Positions 29,281-40,015 of a stretch of DNA of 64,000 bases are shown here, piece by piece. The DNA comes from an uncultured Thermoanaerobaculia bacterium (GTDB taxonomy: Bacteria > Acidobacteriota > Thermoanaerobaculia > Multivoradales > JAGPDF01), in contig CAYZBH010000003.1 of NCBI GenBank assembly GCA_964476605.1, positions 36,849 through 100,848 of the forward strand, in the 5' to 3' direction. Each line of letters opens with the position of its first letter. Within the stretch, counting starts at the first letter, position 1. The position numbers were made by a program, and so were the translations under genes. The notes beneath the pieces are model-generated. The model was given only the letters and a program-made list of their open reading frames with translations. It ran no database searches and had not been told where the DNA came from.

Positions 29281-29461
29281 GCGCGGTCCGGGGGCGCCGG
29301 GCCGGGGGCGCGACGAGCTTGCTCTTGGGGCAGTTGGCGCAGGCCGACTCGGCCTCGCGATTCCCCCGGCGAACCCGCCAGACCGCCCAGACGACCGCCG
29401 CCAGCATGGCGCCGGTGGCGATCCAAAACTGCGCGTCGTGCCAGGGAAGGGTTGCGCTCAC
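29276..29461 (-). CDS. FeoB-associated Cys-rich small membrane protein
   Basis: GTG overlapping the feoB stop. SATLPWHDAQFWIATGAMLAAVVWAVWRVRRG...SACANCP: one TM followed by CxxC. Confidence 0.72.
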   Translation of the reverse strand: MSATLPWHDAQFWIATGAMLAAVVWAVWRVRRGNREAESACANCPKSKLVAPPARRPRTAR

Positions 29462-31440
29462 GCGACCCCCAGGGCCTGCAGGCCGTGGAAGGCCGCGAAG
29501 GCGCCCACCCAGGCGAGCCCGGTCATCCAGACGAACTGGAGGAGCGGCCACTTCCAGTGCCGGGTCTCCCGCCGCACCGTCACCACGGTCGAGAGGCACT
29601 GCATGGCGAGGACGAAGAAGACCAGCAGCGAGACCGCGGTCGCGGGGGTGAGGAGCGGCGTGCCGTCGTCGCGCCGGGCGGTGTGGATGCGCTCCAGGAC
29701 CCCCGCCGCGTCCTCCTCGGGCGCTCCGACCAGCACCGCGAGCGTCGAGACGAAGACCTCCCGCGCCGCGAAGCTGGTGAGCACGCCGACCGAGAGGCGC
29801 CAGTCGTAACCGAGTGGCGCGAAGACGGGCTCGACGAGGCGGCCCAGGCGCCCCGCGAAGCTGCGCTCCTGCTGATCCTGCAGCGTCGCGCGCCGGGCCT
29901 CGCGCGCGAGCGCCGCCGCGGCGTCCGGCTCCGTCGAGGCGAGCGCTTCCGCCCGGGCCGCGAGCGCGGCGGCCGCCGGAGGCGGCGCCATCTTCGGGTA
30001 CGCCGAGAGCCACCACATGACGAGGCAGATGGCGAGGATCACGGTGCCGACCGTCGAGAGAAAGGACCATCCCTGCTCGACGGCCTGCGCGAAGGCGACG
30101 CGGAACGACGGGCGCTTGTAGGTCGGCAGCTCGAGCACCATCGGCCGCGAGCGGCCGGGCAGCAGGGTGCGGCGCGCCAGCAGGGCGCTCCCCATGGCGG
30201 CGATCGAGCCCAGGAGGTAGCAGCCCGCGAAGGCGATTCCGGCGTAGACCGGCCGGTGGGCGAAGAGAAAGTTGGTGAGCAGAACGTAGACCGGAAGCCG
30301 CGCCGAGCAGCTCATGAACGGGGCGACCAGGATGGTCGCGAAGCGATCGTGCCGGTCGGGAATGAGCCGGGTCGCGAGCAGACCCGGGATCGCGCAGGCG
30401 TGGCTCGACAGCAGCGGGACGAACGCGTAGCCGGGAAGCCCGAAGCGGCAGAGCAGCCGGTCCATCACGAAGGCGGCGCGCGCCAGGTACCCGGTGTCCT
30501 CGAGCAGCGTGATGAGGAAGAAGAGGAGACAGATCTGGGGCAGGAAGACCACCGTCCCGGAGATTCCGCCGAGCAGGCCGCCGACCAGGAGATCGCGCAC
30601 CGCCCCCGCCGGGAGCTGGCTTTCGAGGAACCCCCCGAGGTGCGCGAAGGTCGCCTCGATCAGGCTCATCGGGACGCTCGCGAGGGCGAAGATCGTCCAG
30701 AAGAGCCCCGCCATGACGCCGAGGAAGATGAGGAGGCCGGCGATCGGATGGGTGAACGTCTCGTCGAGGCGGTCGAGCAGCGTGTCACTCGCGGCACCGA
30801 GCGCCCGCTCGCCGCCGACCGCTTCGCCCACCAGCCGCTCGGCCCAGCTCTCGAGGCTCTCCTCGCTCGCGGCGAGCGGCGCCGGGGGGGCGCTTCCCAC
30901 CGCGCGGCGGACCTCCGCGAGGAGCTCGGCGGTCCCCTCGCCGCGCCGGGCCGCGATCGGCACCACCGGCGCGCCCAGAGCCGCGGCGAGCCGCGCGAGA
31001 TCGAACGAGAGCCCCCGCCGTCGCGCGAGATCGATCATGTTGAGCGCCACGACGAGCGGCAGTCCCCGTCGCCGGAGCTCCCCCACCAGCATGAGATGGC
31101 GCGGCAGGTTCGTCGCGTCCGCGACCACGATCACCGCCGCGGGGGGCGCGGCGGGGTCGGCGAGCGCCTCCGACGCGACGCGCGATTCGGGAAGATCGAG
31201 CTCGAGGCTGTAGAGGCCGGGAAGGTCGATGAGCTCGAAGGCGAATCCCTCGGCGAGCTGCAGGCGTCCGACCTTGAGGTCGGTGGTGGTGCCGGGGAAG
31301 TTCGCCGTCTTCGCGCGCAAACCGCAGAGGCGGTTGAAGAGCGTGGTCTTGCCGGTGTTCGGATTGCCGAGCAGCAGGATCCGCCGCACGCTTCCGGCGC
31401 CGTGGCGTCCGGAAGGGGGAGGCCCTGGAGGCTGCGTCAC
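29458..31440 (-). CDS. feoB: Ferrous iron transporter B
   Basis: G1 GNPNTGKTT, G2 NFPGTT, G3 DLPG, G4 NMID, LEDTGYLARAA, PFMSCSARLPVY, AREVFVSTL. Confidence 0.96.
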   Translation of the reverse strand: MTQPPGPPPSGRHGAGSVRRILLLGNPNTGKTTLFNRLCGLRAKTANFPGTTTDLKVGRLQLAEGFAFELIDLPGLYSLELDLPESRVASEALADPAAPPAAVIVVADATNLPRHLMLVGELRRRGLPLVVALNMIDLARRRGLSFDLARLAAALGAPVVPIAARRGEGTAELLAEVRRAVGSAPPAPLAASEESLESWAERLVGEAVGGERALGAASDTLLDRLDETFTHPIAGLLIFLGVMAGLFWTIFALASVPMSLIEATFAHLGGFLESQLPAGAVRDLLVGGLLGGISGTVVFLPQICLLFFLITLLEDTGYLARAAFVMDRLLCRFGLPGYAFVPLLSSHACAIPGLLATRLIPDRHDRFATILVAPFMSCSARLPVYVLLTNFLFAHRPVYAGIAFAGCYLLGSIAAMGSALLARRTLLPGRSRPMVLELPTYKRPSFRVAFAQAVEQGWSFLSTVGTVILAICLVMWWLSAYPKMAPPPAAAALAARAEALASTEPDAAAALAREARRATLQDQQERSFAGRLGRLVEPVFAPLGYDWRLSVGVLTSFAAREVFVSTLAVLVGAPEEDAAGVLERIHTARRDDGTPLLTPATAVSLLVFFVLAMQCLSTVVTVRRETRHWKWPLLQFVWMTGLAWVGAFAAFHGLQALGVA

Positions 31441-31718
31441 CGCGCGTCCTCGAGCCGCACCAGGAGGCGCTCGGCGACGCTACGCGCCAAGCCGATACGA
31501 GTCGAGCGGGCCTCGACGATGTAAGGGTCGCCGTCGCTCCTGACCACGAGCCGGCACCCTTCCGTGAGACCCATCGCGGCGAGCAGGCAGGCCTCCCCTT
31601 CGGCGAGATCCCGCCGCTCGAGGCGCACCACCTGTCCGGAAGGGATTTCGGAGAGCGGACGCAGCGCGCCGCCCGGCTGCACGCGCGTCGCCGCCGCGCT
31701 CCTGCCTTCGCTAAGCAC
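31437..31718 (-). CDS. feoA: Ferrous iron transport protein A
   Basis: LAAMGLTEG, GDPYIVEARSTRIGL (SH3-like FeoA), overlapping the feoB start. Exact start uncertain. Confidence 0.85.
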   Translation of the reverse strand: MLSEGRSAAATRVQPGGALRPLSEIPSGQVVRLERRDLAEGEACLLAAMGLTEGCRLVVRSDGDPYIVEARSTRIGLARSVAERLLVRLEDAR

Positions 31719-31878
31719 GCGCCCCCTCCGCCGCCTCGCGCGGCCCGCGCTGTGCGAAGATCCCCCCCACCGGTGCCGGGCGCAGGGCGGCCGACCAACC
31801 CCCCTGCGCGCGCGGGAAGCTCGGGAACTGCTGGACTTCGCGGAGCTGGGTCATTTGACGAGACACGATCTCGAAGGT

Positions 31879-31916
31879 TCCAGAAAATTCTGGACGATTT
31901 CGGTCCTGTATGTCAA
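31879..31916 (-). promoter_or_regulatory. feoAB promoter with a 7-2-7 palindromic operator over the -10
   Basis: Minus-strand TTGACA (31916-31911), 18 bp, CAGAAT (31892-31887). Palindrome TCCAGAA-AA-TTCTGGA at 31879-31894. Confidence 0.6.
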
Positions 31917-31940
31917 TCGAGCGCCCCGCGGAACCCGCCG

Positions 31941-32279
31941 ATGAAGCTCTCGCGCCCTCGCCTGCCACGCCATCTGAGGCCCCGCTTTCAACGTCTGCCG
32001 CTCCCCCTCTGGCTCCGCGTGGTGGTCCTCACCGCCGGCTGGGCGCTCATCCTGATCGGGATCGCCGGCATCTTCCTGCCCGTCATCCAAGGTGGCTTGA
32101 GCTTGGCGCTCGGTTTCGCGCTCCTGTCGATCGGCAGCCAGTGGATGCACTTGAAGCTCCGGAGCCTCCTCGGCCGCTGGCCCTGGCTCTGGAAGCGCCT
32201 CGAGCGGCTGCGACGGAAGATCCACGCCAAACTCCATCCGCGCGAGGCCAGCGGACGCACGGGCCGGCCGCGCCGCTGA
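31941..32279 (+). CDS. Small membrane protein, PGPGW-like
   Basis: GWALILIGIAGIFLPVIQGGLSLALGFALLS..W followed by a basic tail. Confidence 0.65.
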   Translation: MKLSRPRLPRHLRPRFQRLPLPLWLRVVVLTAGWALILIGIAGIFLPVIQGGLSLALGFALLSIGSQWMHLKLRSLLGRWPWLWKRLERLRRKIHAKLHPREASGRTGRPRR

Positions 32280-32312
32280 GCGGAGCGGCCGGCGGCGGCG
32301 GCGAGCGTCGCG

Positions 32313-33572
<1,260 letters not shown>

Positions 33573-33624
33573 GCTCCACCCCGCGCCGAAAGCCCTTTGC
33601 GCGGCGCCCTGCCGCGCCGCCGGG

Positions 33625-33653
33625 ATTCTAGCCGCGGCTCATCCCCGCGCCAA
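33625..33653 (-). promoter_or_regulatory. Candidate sigma70 promoter of gltA
   Basis: Minus strand TTGGCG, 17 bp, TAGAAT. Confidence 0.5.
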
Positions 33654-33698
33654 GACAAATCGCGGGGAAGACGGGCGAGCGGCGCTCGCGTCCCGCGC

Positions 33699-34160
33699 TC
33701 AGTCGGGAGCGAAGCCGATGCGGATGCGCAGGCTCTTCGCGCGGTCGAGACCGTAGCGGAGCGTCGAGAGGGTCACCGTCACCTTGTCGAGCCGCGAGTC
33801 GCTGTCGAGGTTCTCGCCGTCGTTGTAGCCGTCGATCACGTCTCCCGCCCCGTCGAGCCAGCTCACGTGCAGCCGCGCCTCCCAGTCGTGGGATCCCTCG
33901 TTCGTGTACTCGAGCTCGATCCGCACGTCGGTCAGGTACTCGCTGTTGCCGGGCCGGAAGAGCTTCGACTTGGTGACTCCCCCTTCTTTCAGCACGCGGA
34001 TCCGGTGCAGCGTCACCGGGCCGTCGGTCGCACCGAGCTCGATCCAGCGGCCGAGCTCGAAGGGCGCCGTCTTCTCCGCCTCCCCGGCGCGGGCGGGTGG
34101 AGCGACGAGCGTGGCGAGCAGTAGGGCGCCGGCGATGCGGGCGATCTGATGTCGGTGCAT
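33699..34160 (-). CDS. Exported hypothetical beta-sandwich protein (FxLYD/Ig-like)
   Basis: ATG 34160 with GGAGGAG. Signal peptide ending PPARA, strand-rich VRIELEYTN..WEARLHVSWLDGAGDVID. Confidence 0.6.
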   Translation of the reverse strand: MHRHQIARIAGALLLATLVAPPARAGEAEKTAPFELGRWIELGATDGPVTLHRIRVLKEGGVTKSKLFRPGNSEYLTDVRIELEYTNEGSHDWEARLHVSWLDGAGDVIDGYNDGENLDSDSRLDKVTVTLSTLRYGLDRAKSLRIRIGFAPD

Positions 34161-34204
34161 GCGCTCCTCCTCGGGAGTTTCGACGGATCTGCGGATCCTA
34201 CCCC

Positions 34205-35422
34205 TCACGCCTCCCTGAGCGCCGCGGTCACCGGCAGCCGCGCGGCCCGGATGGCTGGGAACAGACCACCGAGGAAGCCCATCAGGAGCGCGAAGAGGGT
34301 CCCCGCGACGAGCAGCGGCAGGGTGACGTCGAAGGCGAAGGTCACTTGGCTGAAGCTGTCCCAGTTGAGGGTCGAGGTGCGATAACCGTCGAAGAGGAGC
34401 CAGGCGAGGAAGGCCCCGAGCGCGCCACCCGCGAGCGCCAGCAGGAGCGATTCGGCGAGCACCGAGACCACCACCGCGCCGCGTCCGAACCCGAGCGCGC
34501 GCAGCGTCGCCACCTCCCGCGTCCGCGCCGAGACCGCCGAGTACATGGTGTTGAGCGAGCCGAAGATGGCGCCGATCGCCATCAGGATCGACACCGTGAA
34601 GCCGAGGCCGCGGATGATGGCGGTCAGGGAACGTCCCTGGTTGGCGAAGTACTCGCTCTCCCGGAGGACCTGGACGTCCAGCCTCGGATCGGTGGTGAGC
34701 GCGTCCTTGAAGTGGTCGAAGGCGTCGGGTGACTCGAGCTTCGCGATGACCGTCTGGAAGGAGTTGCCGCGGTTGTACGCCGGCTGCAGCACCGCGGCGT
34801 CGGTCCAGATCTCGGACTCCCAGAGCGCGCCGCCGGCCGCGAAGGTGCCGACCACGGTCCATTCGTTCCGCCCCCAGCGCAGGCGGTTCCCCACCTCGAG
34901 CCCGACGAACTGCTTCTCGGCCCCCTCGCCGACCAGGATCTCGTTCTTTCCCCACTCGAAGGTGCGGCCCGAGGTGATCTGGAGATCCTGGTGGGTCGCG
35001 AAGGCGGCCGGCTGCACCCCGCGGAGCGGCACGTTCGCGGTCGTGCCGGTGCTCCGCTTCGGCAGGTCGACGATGACGAAGAGCTCTCCGGAGGAGAGCG
35101 CCACCGGCGGCCCGCCCGGGAGCACCGGCGCCCGCGCGACGCCGGGCGCCTGCGCGATGATGTCGACCGCGTCGCGCAGCAGCACGCTCATCATCTCGCT
35201 GTCGCTGCCGGCGCGCAGCACCATCGCGTTGTCGGGAGCGCCAGCGGTGCGAATCGCCTTGCGGAACCCCTCGCCGATCGCCAGCACGCCCACGAAGACC
35301 GCCACCACGCCCGCGACGCCGAGGACGGTGGCGAGCGACGCGCCCCGCCGCTCGGGAATGGTGCGGACCGCGGTCGAGGTCACCGCGCCGACCTGCGAGA
35401 ACCAGCTGCCGAGAGAGGCCAT
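34205..35422 (-). CDS. MacB/FtsX-like ABC permease
   Basis: TM, large periplasmic domain, 3 TM. SARTREVATLRALGF. Confidence 0.9.
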   Translation of the reverse strand: MASLGSWFSQVGAVTSTAVRTIPERRGASLATVLGVAGVVAVFVGVLAIGEGFRKAIRTAGAPDNAMVLRAGSDSEMMSVLLRDAVDIIAQAPGVARAPVLPGGPPVALSSGELFVIVDLPKRSTGTTANVPLRGVQPAAFATHQDLQITSGRTFEWGKNEILVGEGAEKQFVGLEVGNRLRWGRNEWTVVGTFAAGGALWESEIWTDAAVLQPAYNRGNSFQTVIAKLESPDAFDHFKDALTTDPRLDVQVLRESEYFANQGRSLTAIIRGLGFTVSILMAIGAIFGSLNTMYSAVSARTREVATLRALGFGRGAVVVSVLAESLLLALAGGALGAFLAWLLFDGYRTSTLNWDSFSQVTFAFDVTLPLLVAGTLFALLMGFLGGLFPAIRAARLPVTAALREA

Positions 35423-35425
35423 GAA

Positions 35426-36589
35426 TCACGCCCTCCGGAGCGCTTCGACGATGCGCAACCGCATCGCCGTGAGCGCGGGTAGGAACCCGGTCACCAGACC
35501 GAGCGACAGCACGAAGAGCACACCCAACGCCAGATCCCGGCCGGGCAGGTAGAAGACCGGGAGGAACCCCCCGGTCGGGTCCCCGCCCGCGATCGCCCCC
35601 GCCCCGAGCACGAGGCCCAACCCACCCCCCAGGAGCGCGAGCAGGCTCGACTCCGCGAGCACCAGCGCCATCACCCCGCCGTTCGAGAAACCGAGCGTCT
35701 TGAGGACCGCGAGCTCGCCGGTACGCTCGCGCACCGACTGCGCCATCGTGTTGCCGGCGACCAGGAGGAGCGTGAAGAAGACCGCCGCGAGGACGAACGT
35801 GATGATCGCCCCCACGTCGCCGATCTGATCGGCGAAGCTCTGCGCGAGCGCCTTCTCGGTCACCGTCTTGGTCTCGTAGGACGAGTTCTCGAAAAGGTGA
35901 TCGATCGCCGCCGAGATCTCGGCGGTCCTCGCCGGGTCGGCGATCCGCACCACGTACCAGCCCACGATCCCCTGCCCGAAGAGGCGCCCCTCGTCGAAGT
36001 AGTCCCAGTGGAAGAGGAACTGCGTCGTGTCGGTCCCCTTCTCCGCCCCGTCGTAGATGCCACGCAGGTTGAACTCCCAGGTGCGCGACCCGTCCTTCTT
36101 GCGCCAGATCGTGGCTTGAATCGGGATTCGATCTCCCACCTTCCAGGCGTAGCGCTCGGCCGTCTTCCGCCCCACGATCACCCCCTCCCGATCGGCGATC
36201 CAGGCCGCCTTCTGGTCCGGCGGCAGCCTGAACTCGGGGTACATCGCGAGGTACTTCTCCGGCTCGACCGGCGACTGGAAGACCCCCTGGAAGCCGTTGT
36301 TCGAGTTCTGGTAGATCCCGCCGAACCAGGTGTCGTGGGTGACCAGCGTCACGCCAGGAACGGCCGCGATCTTCTCTTCGTAGGAGACCGGCAGCGGCTG
36401 GATGATCGAGGTCTTGTGGGTGGTGAAGAGACGGTCGGCGCCCGCCACGTCGACGCCGGCGCGAAACGCCACCCGCACCGCGCCGAGGTAGGCGAAGAGC
36501 ACGAAGGCGACGACGATCGACAGCAGGGTGAAGGCGGTCCGGGCCTTGCGCCGCTTGAGGTTGCCCCACAGGAGCGGCCAGTACTTCAC
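35426..36589 (-). CDS. MacB/FtsX-like ABC permease
   Basis: GNTMAQSVRERTGELAVLKTLGFS, same topology as the neighbour. Confidence 0.9.
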   Translation of the reverse strand: MKYWPLLWGNLKRRKARTAFTLLSIVVAFVLFAYLGAVRVAFRAGVDVAGADRLFTTHKTSIIQPLPVSYEEKIAAVPGVTLVTHDTWFGGIYQNSNNGFQGVFQSPVEPEKYLAMYPEFRLPPDQKAAWIADREGVIVGRKTAERYAWKVGDRIPIQATIWRKKDGSRTWEFNLRGIYDGAEKGTDTTQFLFHWDYFDEGRLFGQGIVGWYVVRIADPARTAEISAAIDHLFENSSYETKTVTEKALAQSFADQIGDVGAIITFVLAAVFFTLLLVAGNTMAQSVRERTGELAVLKTLGFSNGGVMALVLAESSLLALLGGGLGLVLGAGAIAGGDPTGGFLPVFYLPGRDLALGVLFVLSLGLVTGFLPALTAMRLRIVEALRRA

Positions 36590-37269
36590 GCCGCCGTCTC
36601 CACGAGAACGCCCTTCTCGAGGTGGAGGACGCGGGTCGCCCGCTCCGCCGCGTGCGGGTCGTGGGTGACCATGAGCACGGTCTTTCCCTGCTCGCGATTC
36701 AGCGCCTGCAGCAGATCGAGCACTTCGTCTCCGGACTTCCGATCGAGGTCCCCGGTGGGCTCGTCGCAGAGCAGCAGTGTCGGATCGGTGACGATGGCGC
36801 GCGCGATGCCCACCCGCTGCTCCTGACCGCCCGAGAGCTGCCGCGGATAGTGCTTGGCGCGATCCGCGAGCCCGACCAGAGAGAGCGCGGTCGCCACCTG
36901 CTGGCGCCGCCGCGCCCGCGCGAGCGACGTCAGGAGGAGAGGTAGCTCGACGTTGCGCTCGGCCGAGAGCGCCGGCAGCAGGTTGTACATCTGGAAGACG
37001 AAACCGACGTGCCGCGCCCGCCAGGCGGCGAGCCGCGAGTCGGAGAGCCCGTCGATGCGCTGGTCTCCGACCTCGATCGACCCGGACGTCGGTCGGTCGA
37101 GACCGCCGATCAAGTTGAGCAGCGTCGACTTGCCCGAGCCCGACGGGCCCATCAACGCGAGAAACTCCCCCTCCGCGACCTCGACGTTCAGGCCCTGCAG
37201 GACGTCGATCTTCTCGCTGCCACGCGTGAAGGTCTTGTGGACGTCCCGGACGCGTACCAGACTGCTCAT
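36586..37269 (-). CDS. ABC ATP-binding protein (MacB/LolD-like)
   Basis: GPSGSGKSTLL, LSGGQEQR, LLCDEPTGDLD, VTHD. Confidence 0.95.
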   Translation of the reverse strand: MSSLVRVRDVHKTFTRGSEKIDVLQGLNVEVAEGEFLALMGPSGSGKSTLLNLIGGLDRPTSGSIEVGDQRIDGLSDSRLAAWRARHVGFVFQMYNLLPALSAERNVELPLLLTSLARARRRQQVATALSLVGLADRAKHYPRQLSGGQEQRVGIARAIVTDPTLLLCDEPTGDLDRKSGDEVLDLLQALNREQGKTVLMVTHDPHAAERATRVLHLEKGVLVETAA

Positions 37270-37286
37270 GCTTCGCCCCTCCCGGA

Positions 37287-38510
37287 TCAACGCTCGCCGC
37301 GTTCGACCACGCGGGTGCCGGCGGCGAGCTCGGCCGGCCCCTCGATCACCACACGCTCTCCGGCCGCCAGGCCGGCCACCACCTCCGCCGGATCGCTCCC
37401 ACCCGCCGCGACCCGGATCGCGCGCCGCTCGAGACCCGACGTCCCGACCACCCAGACGAACTCCGCGCCCGCGCTCCCCCGGACGGCGGCGCGCGGCACG
37501 CGGACGACCCGCCGCCCGTCGCCACCCTCGTGTTCCTCGAGAAACGCCACCTTGACCCCCATGTCCGGGAGGATCCTCGGATCGAGCGCGTCGAAGCCGA
37601 TCCGTACCTTGACCGTCGCCTTGTCGCGCTCCGCGGCCGGAATGCTGGTGATGACGTGGCCGGGGATCGTCCAGTCGGGATAGGCGTCGAGCGTCGCGGT
37701 CACCCGCTGCGAAGGACGGACACGCTGGATGTAGGCCTCGTTGACGTCGACCTCGATCTCGAGGGACGCCATGTCGACGATCGTCGAGATGCCGGTCCGC
37801 GTGAAGCTGCCGCCGGCCGAGATCGGAGAGATCATCTCACCCGGTTGCGCGTTCTTCGAGATCGCGACCCCCGCGAAAGGCGCGCGGATGACCGTGTCCT
37901 CGAGGTTCTGGCGCGCCAGCGCCACGGAGCGGTCGGCGGCTCGGATCTGCTCGCGCTGAGCGGCGATGCGAGCCGCGAGCGCCGCGGTTTCGGCCTCCAC
38001 GGCGTCGACGTCCCCTTGCGGCGCGATGCCTTCGCGGGCGAGGTCGCGGATGCGCCCCCGCCGGAGCTCCGCCTCGTGCAGATTGGCTTCCGTCTCGGCG
38101 AGCCCCTTCTCCGCTGCCGCGAGCTCGGCTTGGGCGAGCTCGAGCGAGAGGCTCGCCTGGCTGTCGTCGAGGCGTGCCAGCACTTGGCGGGCGTCGACTT
38201 TCATCCCCTCCTCGATCAGCACCTCCATCACTTTGCCGGTGATCTTCGAGGAGACGGTCGCCTGCCGCCGCGCGGTGACGTAGCCGGAGGCGTTGAGCAC
38301 GGCCTCGACGCCTCCCGCGGCGTCCCGCGCTTCGGACACCTCGATCGTCCGCACCGGCACCGCGCGAGGCCAGAGCAGGAATGCGGCCACCGCCGCCACG
38401 CCGAGGAGTCCCGCGACGACTCCGACCCAGAGACCGCTCCGGCGCTCCGGAACCTCGTCGCGGCGCTCGATGCGCAGAGTCTCCAGCTTCTGATTGAGAT
38501 CCGACGTCAT
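37287..38510 (-). CDS. Periplasmic adaptor (MacA/HlyD family)
   Basis: TM anchor, LNASGYVTARR, coiled-coil hairpin, IRAPFAG, EVDVNE, PDMGVKVAF. Confidence 0.92.
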   Translation of the reverse strand: MTSDLNQKLETLRIERRDEVPERRSGLWVGVVAGLLGVAAVAAFLLWPRAVPVRTIEVSEARDAAGGVEAVLNASGYVTARRQATVSSKITGKVMEVLIEEGMKVDARQVLARLDDSQASLSLELAQAELAAAEKGLAETEANLHEAELRRGRIRDLAREGIAPQGDVDAVEAETAALAARIAAQREQIRAADRSVALARQNLEDTVIRAPFAGVAISKNAQPGEMISPISAGGSFTRTGISTIVDMASLEIEVDVNEAYIQRVRPSQRVTATLDAYPDWTIPGHVITSIPAAERDKATVKVRIGFDALDPRILPDMGVKVAFLEEHEGGDGRRVVRVPRAAVRGSAGAEFVWVVGTSGLERRAIRVAAGGSDPAEVVAGLAAGERVVIEGPAELAAGTRVVERGER

Positions 38511-38529
38511 GCCTCCTCCTCCCCGCGCG

Positions 38530-38559
38530 TAGACGTTACGACAGAGGCGCCGGGATGAC
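38530..38559 (-). promoter_or_regulatory. Candidate ECF-type promoter of the efflux operon
   Basis: Minus strand GTCATCC-N17-CGTCTA just upstream of the GGAGGAGGAGG RBS. Confidence 0.3.
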
Positions 38560-38622
38560 CCAGGCCGGCCGGCGAGCGGCGGTCGGGCGCCGGTGAAGAT
38601 CGCCGTGGCAGGCCGCGAACGT

Positions 38623-39954
38623 CTAGGGCGCGGCGCTCGACCAGACGGCGAAGTCTGCGCTCTCGAAGCCGTCGCGGAAGAGGTGCTCGCGCTCGGTGGC
38701 ACCGAGATCGGACGCGAGCGGCGCCGTGGGGCGCTCCCAGGCGTCGAAATCGTCGATCGCATCCGGAAGGCGCGTCACCTGGTCGAACGCCACCGTCGCC
38801 GCGGCGGCGAGGTGAAGATCCCCGGCGGCGGCGTCCACGAACCATCCCGGAACGGCGTTGGTCACGTTGCCCGACGTCGCGGGGACGGCTCCGTCGCGCG
38901 CCGCGACCGAGCCGTCGAGCAGATTGTTGCGCACCTCGACGCCGGTCGAGGACGCCCATCGGACCTCGACGGCGTTGGGGTAGGCGTCGCCGACCAAGAC
39001 GCTGTTGTGCAGGATCTTCGAGCCTGGAGAGACGGTGTAGATTCCGACGTCGGTGACGTACGAGGCCGCGGGGTCCCAACGGATGAAGTTGTTGCGCACG
39101 ACGCCGCCCGCGTGATCTCCCGGTCCGAGCCCCAGGTGCGGCCCCCGGGAGCAGTCGAGCAGCAGGTTCCGCTCGACGAGGGTGCCACTCGACCCCTGCC
39201 AGAGGAGGATGGCGGGGCCGGCGAGCTCGCCGTTCTGGCACCAGATGTCGTGGATGAAGCTGTCGCGGACGATCCAGCCGGAGACGCCGAGCGCGTCGAC
39301 GCCGTTCGTGTAGCAGGAGCCGGGCGGGCTCCCCTCCGGGTGCTCGATGGCCCCCGCGGTGTAGAAGATCTCGCACCACTCGATCGTCACGTCGTCCGCG
39401 CCGGAGCCCGAGCCCTTGACGATCTGCTGTCCGGCATCGAAAGCGCGCACGTCGTACAGGCGGACCCGCTCGGCCCCCTGGTCCCCCTGGATGGCGATCG
39501 CGTGGTAGTAGACCTCTCCGATCGAGAGGTCGGCGATCAGCACGTCGGTCGCGGTGAAGACCTGAAAGCCGAAGGGGACGATCGGGTCGAGCATGCCCGC
39601 GCCCAGGAGCACGACGTCCCCCGGATCCCCGGTGGCCCCGCGAACCTGGATGTTCGCGATCGGCGGCGCGCCGTAGCGGCCGATCGTCAGCCGCCCGTCG
39701 ACCCCGTTCGGAAAGGAGACGCTCGCGAGGTCGTAGGTTCCCGGCGCGATGACGATCGCCTGATTCGACTGCAGATTCCAGCAGGCGTCCGCCAGCTCCT
39801 GCGCCGTGTCGACGGCGACGATCGTGTAGGTCCCGGCGTCCGGCGGAGGAAGACGCGGCGCCGCGACCGGAAGCCGTGCGGACAGGGGCGCGGCGAGCGC
39901 CAGTCCGAACACTGCGAGCGCCAATCCGAACGCGGCGAGGCGGCGTGAGAGCAC
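38623..39954 (-). CDS. Exported right-handed parallel beta-helix protein with C-terminal LFRDGFES motif
   Basis: Signal peptide, Asn-ladder repeats (VERNLL, VRNNFI, LHNSV, VRNNLL), ends HLFRDGFESADFAVWSSAAP. Start uncertain (39954 or 40002). Confidence 0.7.
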   Translation of the reverse strand: MLSRRLAAFGLALAVFGLALAAPLSARLPVAAPRLPPPDAGTYTIVAVDTAQELADACWNLQSNQAIVIAPGTYDLASVSFPNGVDGRLTIGRYGAPPIANIQVRGATGDPGDVVLLGAGMLDPIVPFGFQVFTATDVLIADLSIGEVYYHAIAIQGDQGAERVRLYDVRAFDAGQQIVKGSGSGADDVTIEWCEIFYTAGAIEHPEGSPPGSCYTNGVDALGVSGWIVRDSFIHDIWCQNGELAGPAILLWQGSSGTLVERNLLLDCSRGPHLGLGPGDHAGGVVRNNFIRWDPAASYVTDVGIYTVSPGSKILHNSVLVGDAYPNAVEVRWASSTGVEVRNNLLDGSVAARDGAVPATSGNVTNAVPGWFVDAAAGDLHLAAAATVAFDQVTRLPDAIDDFDAWERPTAPLASDLGATEREHLFRDGFESADFAVWSSAAP

Positions 39955-40015
39955 GGCCCAGGGTAGTCCGGCCGAGTGCGCGCGCTCTGTTCGCCAGCTC
40001 ACACCCGCCGCCCGC

